A stretch of DNA of 63,631 nucleotides, counting the filler, from Nemertoderma westbladi (taxonomy: Eukaryota > Animalia > Xenacoelomorpha), in assembly GCA_032718475.1 (NCBI GenBank). It is 4 parts of 4 records of this genome, joined end to end, with 100 filler letters (N's around TTAATTAATTAA, not from the genome) between each part and the next. Parts side by side here need not be neighbours in the genome. Positions count along the whole stretch, not along the records: positions 21,986 to 36,641 come from JAUCBJ010003853.1; positions 36,742 to 56,481 come from JAUCBJ010003483.1; 2 more parts are not named here. The stretch is one strand, 5' to 3'. The notes under the pieces were generated by a model. That model had not been told where the DNA came from and did not search any database. It saw only the letters and a program-made list of their open reading frames with translations. Position numbers and translations under genes: made by a program. Positions 27,346 through 38,529 of the stretch are shown here, piece by piece (positions within the stretch are counted from its first letter, which is position 1; each line of letters begins with the position of its first letter).

Positions 27346-28301
27346 TTAAAAGTTCACGGCAGGAACAATCAAGGTGGTAGGTAGCTCTTCTTCTCCGAAG
27401 GTGTTTATTTCAAAGCGAAACGTGCGTTGCACACGTTTAGTATCTCCTGCCGCAACTGGTATGTTTAACTTTCTCCTAATCTCCGAGAATGAATGACAAC
27501 CATACTCCGGTGGATCCTTTAGTACAACCGTATCACTAACTTCAATCTTGTTGCAAGCTTTTACACGCGATGCATAATGTACATTAATCTCCATGTTATC
27601 ATTATTTACCTCAATAACCTTAGAAACATAATTCTTTGACCCTCCACGACTTCCGGCCACCTCGACTATCCAGTCCCCCACCATTAGGCTTGAAGTTAAT
27701 TCCGTCAGTATATGTTGCTTATTAGTTCAAGTTTCCCTCTAAAATCAATATCCATCGCTTACAGGGCCTATCGATCTACAGTGGCTTTAAATTCCCGTCA
27801 GTTTTTTTTAATCATGATAGACCCGTTTTACAAATTGATTGTTTCTCTTCGTTTAAAACGCTCCATGATACACTACTATATATGAAACGATAGCTTGGTA
27901 AATGGGGAATCTCAACAATCCATTCCTCAACGTCCCACATTAACCAGATTATCAAATGCTAACATATTATAGGTTAATAAAAAGTAAATTTATTAGACTA
28001 CTAGAAACAATTAAATTATTGTGTGGGGCTCAAGTATGGGCGTTGGACTTGCGTTCTCACAATATGGATACGATTGAAGATCGCAGATTGTCTCATGTTC
28101 TTCATAATCTTCATCGACCGAACCCTCATATCCAAAAAGTTCCCTTTCGTACTCCCTTTGATAGGCATCGACATCACCTCGGCTATCATTGGAATAAATA
28201 ACTGTACCCTCATATATAATGCCGGGGTCACCGGGGTACCTGACCCGACCTCCTATTTGAATAATTCCAGCAACAACTTTACTAGAGCAATAGGCTGCCA
28301 C
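27346..28301 (-). pseudogene. Probable DNA-transposon ORF remnant
   Basis: VGDWIVE...NYVSKVIEV...EINVHY...SEIRRKLNIP resembles the small C-terminal domain of many invertebrate DNA-transposon proteins; no catalytic DDE core seen. Confidence 0.45.
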
Positions 28302-29184
28302 TGGAGAGCCAAAGGCTCGACAGAGTCTTATGAGGAATAAATAATGCAGCGATACTTATAAATAATTAACGGAACTTAGCAAACCAACATAAACACCAAA
28401 GTAAAACCTCAGAACGTCACCTTCAAGGCAGAACCCCCTAAGTCAATTTTTGTAGTTCTGAGATAATCGATAAAAACTGTTTATTTTTTAGAGAGATGCC
28501 TCAGTTTACTTGTTATTGTGTTTTTTGATAACTAAATAAATATAGAATTCATATAACTAAACTTTCAATTTGATTTAGAATTACCTTTGAAATATATTTC
28601 GGTTTTTTTGTAAAAATTCTGACTTATGGTGTTTAGCCAAAACAAAGGGGAACACCATTTTCTGGTATTATCCCGTAACTATACGATAGTTGCGGGGTAT
28701 TGCCTAGAAAACAAGGTATCCTCAATTTGGCAAAACACCATAAGTACGAATTTTTACAAAAAACACGCAAAATATATCAAATAATAGCCAAGGCGTATCG
28801 TACGTCCTTAATAATTTAGTGCGTAGTGCGCACGTAATACATGTGCGCATTTGTTATTAGCTAATACGTGCTATCTAACATGTTAACTAGCACATGATCA
28901 GGTGTTAGTATTACCTGTAAACGCAATAATAACAAATAATCACATACAATATGGCTAACACACTTGCGCACATGTTGGAAATTTTTGAATTCAAAGTTCT
29001 AAAGGGCTCCATAAGTTTTTGATATTTTGGTATTAATTGCTTCTAAAATAAGTACGGGACTGTAGTTAGAATCATGTATTAATACAAATTGAATAAAATG
29101 TAGCCAAATGCAGAACTACAGTATAAGAACAAAATTTAGATTCAAGAAAGCGGAACTCTAAGTACAAAATATAGCCATGGGTGG

Positions 29185-30389
29185 TGTAAAGGCTTTTGCG
29201 GATCTAGCTAGTCATTTTCCCCGCAAAGTACTCTGTAGGTGTTTTAGCGGACATAAAAAGCTGTTTTCTTACTGTGTAGGTGTTTTAGTGGACATAAAAA
29301 GCTATTTTTTCTGTATGTGTACTTTAGCGGACATAACAAGCTATTTTATGCCGCAATACGCCAAAATACTCTTAATACAGTGTAGTTCAGATGACGACAT
29401 CTATCAGCTGATATGTCGACGTGGAGCTTTTGGCTTTCTTTGTTTAGGCTCACTCACTCGACCAATCAGAGCGATTTTCATTTTATTTGCACAGAAGCCT
29501 CCGGGAAATCGCGCAATGCATTATGGTTTTTGTTTACCTTTTTTCCTGAGCCCAGAACATCGGCTGTGGAATTATTCTGTGTTTCAGACTTTAGCCAAAC
29601 ATTAGAACAGCTTTGATTATAGAAACGTATAACTGTTATCAGCACATAATTCAATACATCATAATTCATAACTCAAATACTATACATACCTTTCACCGCA
29701 TTATTTTACTGCTATTTACTGTCGGTTATTAATTGTTATCAGTTGATGGAATGTTGTTATATTTGGAGAATATCGATAAATAATCAGAAAACCCCAATCT
29801 TCTTGATATACTGAAGGTTAGAAAGACCGGTTACATATCTGCATATAGCAATTGCGACTTACCTTATAGTGGTTTTGGAGTGAATTGAATGCTATTTCAT
29901 AGACCCTACATGTGTCAGTTGCTGTTCTCCTTATATATGATCAAATTTAGTGAAGGTCGGCAGATCAGTGTGCAGCAGTGTGCGGTAGTGTGCATGAATG
30001 TGATAGATAACAAAGCATTTCCTAAAGAATGCGCTTTATACATAAATCATTAGCCATCCCGTTGTGTTTAGTGTAAGTCATAACTCTGTTTACATACTTA
30101 GAGCGCCACGTCCTAAAGGAACTGTTAATATTTCCCGAAAGTGAATAATATTTGTCAGAGATTATATATTAACGATCAGTCGAATAGTACAGTGGGCCTA
30201 CACCGCAATAAGGTCAGAGCATCCGAATCCAGTCTCCCTTAACCGTGGGTGAATGATCGCGCATAGGCTGGCTTCGGCTAATGTAGCTTTATATGTATCA
30301 AATACTTGTTATAGGCTAAAGTCGATTTATAACCTAGAAGACACCTAAATTTGGCAGGTTAAACTGCTAAAGGTCTAAAAGCGCGAACA
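29185..30389 (+). repeat. 5' LTR of Bel/Pao copy B (1205 bp)
   Basis: Homology to 58834-60061 starts exactly at TG and ends exactly at CA. Confidence 0.92.
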
Positions 30390-31995
30390 ATAACAGTTAT
30401 TCTTTCTTTATTGCAACGTAGGCAATAAAGGCAAAAGTTCCGGTCGACCGGTAACCAGTAGGCCTAACTACCTAACCACCCGAACCGGTACTTACAGCAG
30501 TACAGGTACATCAGTATTATTCGATTTTGATAATTATATACCGGTAGGTCTTGATATTTAATCAGGGACTGCAGCCCTGGCATTATTTCTGTCAGTTTTA
30601 TTTATCTGTAAGTTAATATTGAGCAGAAGGCGTGTAAGCCTGCTCAGATTGTATAAATAATTTGTAGGCTCGCAACATTCACAACCCCAAGTTTATTCCT
30701 ACAGTAATTGTGCTTGTTATACATACCGTTACAGTTAAATTAACCCCGGTACTACATCAGGACTGTTTGGCGTAGGTAAAGACTGGTGATTTTATGCTCT
30801 GGTCACTCCGGCAGATACCGTGGTTCTTTTAGCTGTACAAGTATTTTTAACTGCTCATTATTTGTTGTATAAGTACTTATACCTAATTTAGGGTTTAGTG
30901 TACAGTGCTTTCCGAAGGTAATTAGTGTGTAGGCAGTATATTTGTGTTGTAAAGTGGTTAATAGGCACGTTAGCTATAGTAGGCTGCGGTAATTAACTTC
31001 TAGGTAGGAACACTCCGGGTACATAACATAGTACTTATAGCGCTACGGCTATAAGTCGTCAGACAGTGGTATTTTCCTATCTAGACAACGCAATATATTT
31101 ACTACTGCTTTATTATTTTCAAATACCGAAGTATCCTGTCCGTTTGTAATAACCAGATATTCTAACTCCTTGTTAGGCTGGTTTGTAGATTCCCTGTAAA
31201 ATTACCTCTAAAAATTTGTACGTGTAATTTTTGTGTTTATTTAGAGATTGTAATCTCACCCCGTATTGTACGAAATTTGTAGTAATAAGTAACATAGGCA
31301 AGTAGAATTACTTGTTTTAGTGTCCAACAAGTAGCGCTTCACTGAAAGCGTACAGCTTCTGTGTAGTGACTCCTTACCAGAAATAATAACATTTATTTCA
31401 AATATTGACAAAACCCATTACAGGGTATATATATATATATTATAAATCAACTCAAACCGATTTATAAAATAGTAGGCCTGTCATACAATAATTAGGTCTT
31501 AATATCAGTTGGACTACTGCTTAAATAACGGTAATAAAGTAAAGTAAAGTAACTAAGTAACCCTAAAAATTCAGAAATTCAATTATTCTAAAATAATTGA
31601 TGTACCGGTATTTACGATAGGCTTATTATATTTATTTCTATAAATTTAAGCTGAAATTATTTACCGGTATTCTGTAATTAATTCTAGTCTATCATTATAC
31701 TTATATATACTATAAGTGTAAGCTGTATACCGGTATTCACGTTAGGCTTAGTATATATCTATATATTTGCGCTGAAATTATATACCGGCATTCTGTGACG
31801 AACCCTAATATCCGATCCGTAATAATACTTATATATGCTATAAGTGTATACCGGTATTCTAATATATTGTATATATATCACGTTACACTGAGTAACGATA
31901 TCGGTAATTAATTACTAGGCTAACAGTTGATACTGAATTACTAGACTTGCTTTAACTGTAATTATAGCAGTAGGCATTCAACTGTACAAACAAAC

Positions 31996-34900
31996 ATGTC
32001 TGACACAAAGCAAAACCTGTCAGACAGTCTCCTAGATACAACCATCTGCGACCCAGATAGGAGTGCGGAACGTTTGAGACCGAAGTTCAACTCACCTCCT
32101 ACTGTAAGAAAGATCATCCCTCCAGTAGTAGTATCAGACCCTAGGCTAGTCCAACACCATAGGTCTATCATAGGCACTCGGGCTCAAGTCAAGCGGGATC
32201 AAGAAGCAGCTGTCAAACAGCATCAACACCCTAGCCGAGAACTTAATTCTCAGCGGCCCGATAGCTCCAGTAGTTCGGATACTGTAGAGCTGACACCCGA
32301 GCGCGGAGCAAAGATGGCAGATGCGGTTTATTCGGATCCCCTTCTCATTCTTCCTGCAGCCGGACTCACTAGGGTATTGATTGCGGTGGAGGAACACCAA
32401 ATTGATTGGGCGAGAAGTAAGCGATTGACCAAGGATAGTTATGCGGGATACACAAGGGAGGAACTGAAGTCTATTGTTGAGTCGCAATGGAACTTCCCCG
32501 GACCCGGACTCCCGTTTAACTTATCGGAAGCTGCCTGGGAAGACTTACACAGGATGGGAGAGACAAAAGACACTAGTGATCCAGCTGTGTGGAAGAGGTC
32601 GGCAGCAGGATATGTACAGAGATTCTTCAGCTCTTTGGAGCGATTAGAGGAACAACTGTTTCAACAACCCCAAGGACCTCAAGAGCAGGGAGAGCTGCTT
32701 TATCAAGTTCGAGAAAGAATTCTAAGAATCAGACTAATCCTATCTGCCTTTGAAGAAGCTTCGAAAAGAAGACAAGACACGTCGTTGCAAGTTGCCGTAA
32801 AGACTTGGTTCCAGCGGGTGAGTCTCAAGGTTCAAGGAACGGCCCAGTGGAAATTTCAGCTGGCTGAGCGCTCAACCCACGGAGAATCAACAGACGCTAC
32901 CTTTTCTCAAGTGGAAAGCGAAGCGACAGCAGAGAAACCGCAGAAGAAGGACGCTATTGACATCTATCTGTCAGACTATCAACGATTTCTAGGTGATGAA
33001 GAGTTGAGGAGAAGGCTGGCTGGACTTCGTCCTAATAGTGAAGGAGCCAAGCTTGTGTTGGACGCAATAGATGCAGAAATGTTAGCTGCGAATCAAGCTA
33101 AATTTGATGAAAGCATCCGCATCGCTAGGGTCCAAGAAGAACAGGTAAAGAAAAAACGTATAGAAGACAGAAAGACAGCAGCAGTGGCAGCGGCAGAAGT
33201 TGAAAGAAAAGCGGCAGCGGCAGAGGCAGAGGCTGAAAGGAAAGCGGCAATGGCAGCGGCAGAAGTGGAAAGGAAAGCGGCAATGGCAGCGGTAGAAGCG
33301 GAAAGAAAGCGAGCAGCGGCAGAACCGGAAAGAAAAGCGGCAGAGGCAGTGGCAGAAGCAGAACGGAGAGCATCTGAAGAGACCACCCAACTAGAGTTGG
33401 AAAATCTTCAAGAGAAGCAAGACTACATAAATAAACAGTTAACAGCTAGTCAGATGCAGATGATAAGTCGATCTACTCCCAAAAGACAGGGATTTACATC
33501 ATCTGATGAAGGCGATACCACCGAACCTGAAGGCGGAGGAAATAGATCTCGTCTAAGCAGGCGTAGAAGAACGCCCCACCGTCAGAAATTGCTTAATTTG
33601 CCCCCAGCTGTGAGAAGGCAACTAGCTAGCACAGACTTAGGTAGTACAGAACCCACAGACCAAATTATTAGAGTAGAAAGACTCCCTACTATAGTGGATG
33701 AACCTGAAATAATTAGGCCAGTTCTCGAAGCCACTCCCTCTGTAATAGAGACCACTGTACTTCCAGAATCGAACTATAAATTCCCTTTGCACAGTACTAA
33801 ACTACCTGTATCCCGTGGGACAGTTCCTCAGTCAACTACGGTCCTGGACGCTGAGCGAGACATTAACAATTTGTTGCCCATCGTCCCTCGTCTACCCGCT
33901 ACTATGTTGGCGGCTCCCGCTTCGGCGGTTGAGTGGGTGTATGAGCGATGGCTGGGGATGGATATTCTCCTCGGGAAGATGGAGGAGAATCAGACTCCCT
34001 CCTCCCAACAGGTCCGAGAGTTGGAGGGGACTGTTTAACAGTTAAAGGGAACAATAAGAGAAAGTAAGTTAGAATTACAGGAAGTGCAGCAGAGTATCGC
34101 GTTAGAACGCGATAAGTTAGTAAATTTACAAAAGGGTATACCAACACCCCCTGTAACAATGTGTCAACCTGTTAGGTCTGAAGTATTTCATGCGCAAGGT
34201 GTGGAGCCTACACGCATCTATACTGCTAGTGAAGTAGAAACTCCTATAGTAAACCCTATTAAAGGTAATTATAAACCTGTTGACAATGATATTCCATATA
34301 GACCTGATAATAATCTGAGAAATTTATATACCGATAACTCGATATTAAATAATACGATGGCCCAAGAAAGTTTTACGCGTCAAATGGCTAGAACCGAAGC
34401 ACGTCAAGCGGTAAAGGTGGGAGAGATCGTCAAGTTCAATGGAGATGAGATGAAATGGTTACCTTTTAATGAATATTACAAAGATAACATACAGAACTCT
34501 GTGCTATCGAATGGAGAGAAACTTAGATTCCTCATCGAGTGCTTGGAAGGATCTCCCAAGTTAATGGCGTTAAAGTTTATTGGACATCCAGATGGATTAA
34601 GACAAGTTTGGAATACATTAAACATCAGGTATGGTAATAGGAATAACATAGCTAGGTATTTGTATGCAAAATTGGTAGCGCCCCGAAAGTTCATTAGCAG
34701 CGGGATTATAGAGTTTTCCGATGAGATTCAGGAGATCTGTAGACAATTAGATTGGCTAGGTAAGTCTCATGAATATCAGAGTTCTATGGTTATTGGAGCC
34801 GTAGCATCTACTTTGCCAAAGGGTGGAGTAGGTACACGCTGGGATAAGAAAGTGTTATATATGATGGAACAACAACGACGAGACCCTACCATGGCTGATC

Positions 34901-35190
34901 TCATGTCATTCTTAGATGGAGAGGTAAAATTACAGCTCCTAAAGCAGTCCAGAGAGAAGACACCGGAAAATAAGGTAAGTGAGAAACCCGTTTCTAGGAG
35001 AAAGGTAACACCAGTGTGTTATACAGACGACGGCGAAAGCCAGGCTTCTCAAGAGGAGGACAGCGGGAAAGACACTGCAAGAGCTTACTATGTCAACAAA
35101 GTGCCTAAAGACATAAGTAAATTTAAGTCTCGAACCAATGACAGGAGAGAACAGGTAAGAAAAACTCCTCCTACTGCTCCTTGCCTGATC
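31996..35190 (+). pseudogene. gag: Bel/Pao gag, copy B (>1060 codons, one in-frame TAA at 34036-34038)
   Basis: ORFs 31996-34038 and 34084-35301 share a frame; copy A has Gln at the stop position; DUF1759-like IVKFNGDEMKWLPF...LSNGEKLRFLIECLEG...LNIRYGN. Confidence 0.88.
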
Positions 35191-35216
35191 AAATATTTCG
35201 GGCTCAGACAGGCTAT

Positions 35217-35870
35217 AGGGGCTGTTGCGCTGTCAGTCAGAGAGGTAACAGCCCATGGGGTAAAGATTTACCCATTGGGCGCTAACTATCAGATAGTCTG
35301 ATACCAACTGTCAGACAGTCTTTTTCAACTATCAGATAGATGATCGCCCAGTTACAAGTTGCCCGATAGTTGTATTTTTTAAATCCGTATGTAATAATGC
35401 AGTAATGCAGTAATGTACACTGCAATGCAATACCGGTAATGTCAATGCAGCAATGTCCAACCAAACAATGCGTTGAGTGTTATCGGACCAGCCTCCGAGA
35501 AATGTTAGGCTAACGGCACCTCGCTCTGTCGCATCAGTTTTTGTAGTGGTCAGGTGGTCTAGTTCCAGGCTACCCGAATCCGTTAGGCCTAGTGCATGAT
35601 ATAGAATCAGCACATCCTGACATCTGTGCAACTCCTGACCTCACGTGAGCATTTTACAGATGGTGGTCTAATTTATATGGTCTTGTACCGCGAAACCGTG
35701 TATTATTCTGTTATTTACAAATGTAGGCTAAATTTCGGGTCTTGTACCGTGCACAGTACTGGTGGGCCTACACAGCTACTGCTATTTTGCCTAATACTGT
35801 AATACAGGTCCCAGAGGTAAATCCTTACCCCACAGGCTGTTACCTCTCTGACTGACAGCGCAACAGCCCT
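35217..35870. mobile_element. MITE with ~55-bp TIRs next to the gag truncation
   Basis: GGGCTGTTGCGCTGTCAGTCAGAGAGGTAACAGCC... is inverted at 35815-35870. Confidence 0.85.
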
Positions 35871-36133
35871 CTCTCCAGACAGTGGCGGGCAAATGTATAA
35901 ACTACAAAGTGAACCGGTCTGCCGGTACAGAACTGTCAGTACCGTACTGCAAATCACCAAATTATGGAACATGTGCTGTCTGCACCTAAAGTGTACTTGC
36001 ACGTACTGACGAACAGCAATAGTTCAACACGTTCAGCGTCAAACAAAGTCTTACCTTCCTCTGATGTGGGGGCTGTATGGCAAGGGGGCATGCTTCGAAC
36101 GGGCGCGCGGGCGAATCTAATGTGGGCGCTTAG

Positions 36134-36460
36134 CGTGTTGTGGACACGTCCTTCTTCGTCTGCGTCGTGGTCGAGTCGGACGGACGGCAGGCGCCGTGCG
36201 TTCTCGTCGCGAGCGCTTCCCATCTCCACATCGTACACCGCGGCCGCGTCGACGCGGCCGAACTCCGCAGCAGTAGACCCCTCGTCGACGTCGCCAAGAT
36301 CACCTCGAAGAAACGCCAACCCAATCTCATTACCTTTAAGTACGCCGACAAGGAGGGCCGGATAGTCGCCGTTGATAGACTCTACATACCGACGCCGCAA
36401 CGCGTTACCCAGGTGATGACGGAACTTATACTCACAGCGGTCGAGTCTTCCACTTCCTAA
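36134..36460 (+). CDS. TBC1D23: TBC1D23-like C-terminal (PH-like) domain, terminal exon or gene fragment
   Basis: VAKITSKKRQPNLITFKY...VDRLYIP matches the TBC1D23 signature I recall (VVKITSKKKHPELITFKY...ERYLIP); GC-rich like host exons; possible acceptor TTAG at 36133. Confidence 0.8.
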   Translation, partial: RVVDTSFFVCVVVESDGRQAPCVLVASASHLHIVHRGRVDAAELRSSRPLVDVAKITSKKRQPNLITFKYADKEGRIVAVDRLYIPTPQRVTQVMTELILTAVESSTS

Positions 36461-36641
36461 CACCCCCCCCCCCCCCCCCCCCCCCCCTTCACATGTCTAT
36501 AATAATATATTCCACTTATATTTTTCCTGGATCCAATTATTTTTCGTTATAAATAACTCAAGATTCATATTGCATTACCTATTTATTTTTTTTTTTTTAA
36601 TTTATATGGCCACGTTATTTTATTTATCTCTTATGATATTC

Positions 36642-36741
36642 NNNNNNNNNNNNNNNNNNNNNNNNNNNNNNNNNNNNNNNNNNNNTTAATTAATTAANNN
36701 NNNNNNNNNNNNNNNNNNNNNNNNNNNNNNNNNNNNNNNNN
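36642..36741. other. Artificial contig spacer
   Basis: N44-TTAATTAATTAA-N44. Confidence 0.97.
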
Positions 36742-37220
36742 CAGCAGTTATTCAGAATTCTCAAAGAACCAATACCAACAATAGCAATAGCAACAATGTT
36801 AAATCAAGAATCAAGAATCAGTCGAAATCTTAGTCGAAATTCATGCAAATGGAAGTCTGTAAAAAGATTACTACACGGTACATATTTTAGTTGCTTTATT
36901 TTCATAACATTTAAAGAACGTAAGTCAAAAATAATTTACAAATTTGCAATTTTCCTTAAATTGCACCCGGCTCGAGATCTACAGTCAAATAAACATAATT
37001 CTGCCAAAAGAAAGAATCGCAGGTTTAATTGATTTCAACAAACTAATAGCAAATGAAAGGAACCTAGATTGAATCATAATACTGGGTGAATAAAATGCAC
37101 TAAATTTTTAATTTTCTACAATAAATCTATGTGATTGGCGCGGTAAGCCAAAAAATATTTCAAGCAATATATTTAGATATTATTATATTTTTTTATATTA
37201 TCTTATAATTATTATATTTC

Positions 37221-37983
37221 AATTTTACATATCTTTTTTCATATTTAAATTTGCGGGAAGCCGCAGCACTACAACTGCTGTATTGGGGACTGCAGTTTCT
37301 GCTGTATTCTACTGCTGTGCAGTCGATCACATTATATATCCCAACAGAGGCTGTTGTAACAGGCTAAGATAACTCCCCACCAAACATGACTCCCCAGTAT
37401 TCTCACCCTAGGCTGAGAACAATCCCCAGTTTTTGTTTTAATTAACGGAAAGGAACAGGTTACAGTGGCGGGCTTTTCTAACCAAAACAATAAACGATAA
37501 CTCAATAACATAGGTTTCAGTTTTATTTTTGCAATATACGAAAATAACACAGGTACGGATATGAATTATAACTCAATTAGGGGAGTCATCTCAGCCTAAG
37601 GGGAGTGTTCTAAGCCTAGGCTGAGATAAACACTGGGGAGTGTTCTTAGCCTAGGCTGAGATAACTGGGGAGTCATTTCATGAGGGGAGTTATCTCAGCC
37701 AGCCTTGTACACTGTACGGTTCTCGGGCCAGCTTGTACCACGCACTAGTAACCTACCCAACGTTAGACCGAAACCGAACTGCTACGAGAACCATAAAGCC
37801 GTAGTGTCGGCTGTATAAAGCTGTAGTTGTCAGTTGGGATAAAGCCTACCGGTAGAGGTGAGCTATAACGTCAATGACTGAACGACTGCGCAGCGGTACA
37901 ATACAGCAGTAACTGCAGTCCCCAATACAGCAGTCGTGCTGTGGCTCCGCAAATTTAAATATGAAAAAAGATATGTAAAATTT
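37221..37983. mobile_element. MITE with ~105-bp arms containing a nested MITE (37356-37711)
   Basis: 37221-37325 is inverted to 37883-37983; inner TIRs TGTAACAGGCTAAGATAACTCCCC / GGGGAGTTATCTCAGCC...TGTACA; core at 37447-37497. Confidence 0.85.
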
Positions 37984-38232
37984 CTTCAAATTTCAAAATT
38001 GTTAATGCAAAAATTAATAATTTTCACCCCTTATTCTATTTTCGATTCAGATTGGTTTCAGATTTGTTATAAATTCTCGAGATTGGGTCCATATTGGGTT
38101 CAGATTGGGTTCAGATATGACTTAAATACTATCCGATATGCTACTAGTACCGACGGCACTAGTACTGCCGGCATATCACCACAGTGTGACCGATCACACC
38201 ATACATTCATAAACGATTGTTTTATTTTGCAG

Positions 38233-38417
38233 CAAGTTTCTGGACTGAATGGGGCTCATGGCTATGGGATAGCGGATGTGGTGGTCCCAATTATAGATCT
38301 CGTACACGTTCTTGTAATGCTATGATAATTATATATGATATGGGTAATGCTGATATCCGGACTATGATTCGAACCAATGCATTGGTGATGATACACTATG
38401 TCAAGCAATACCAACAG
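38233..38417 (+). pseudogene. Thrombospondin type-1 repeat exon, frameshifted
   Basis: TTTTGCAG| then FWTEWGSWLWDSGCGGPNYRSRTRSCN; 185 nt to a CAG|GTAAAT donor, not a multiple of 3 for a phase 1-1 exon; the distal frame reads PDYDSNQCIGDDTLC. Confidence 0.7.
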
Positions 38418-38529
38418 GTAAATAGTTGCATAGGTACATTAATTGACTCTAATGTGTCTCAGCGGGAACTGTGGTGGCCGTTTGGTGACATTTTATATAA
38501 GTTACAGCAAGTGAGAATTAGTACATGAT

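Larger units (their letters stand above)
29185..35190 (+). mobile_element. Bel/Pao LTR retrotransposon, copy B (5' LTR, 1.6-kb leader, gag; truncated before pol)
   Basis: LTR TGTAAAGGC...GCGCGAACA; gag with DUF1759 motif; ends near PPTAPCLI, where the zinc knuckles would begin. Confidence 0.9.

Noticed and set aside
34036-34038. Programmed stop-codon readthrough in gag
   Set aside because: Copy A has a Gln codon here and its own stop elsewhere, consistent with independent C-to-T nonsense mutations.
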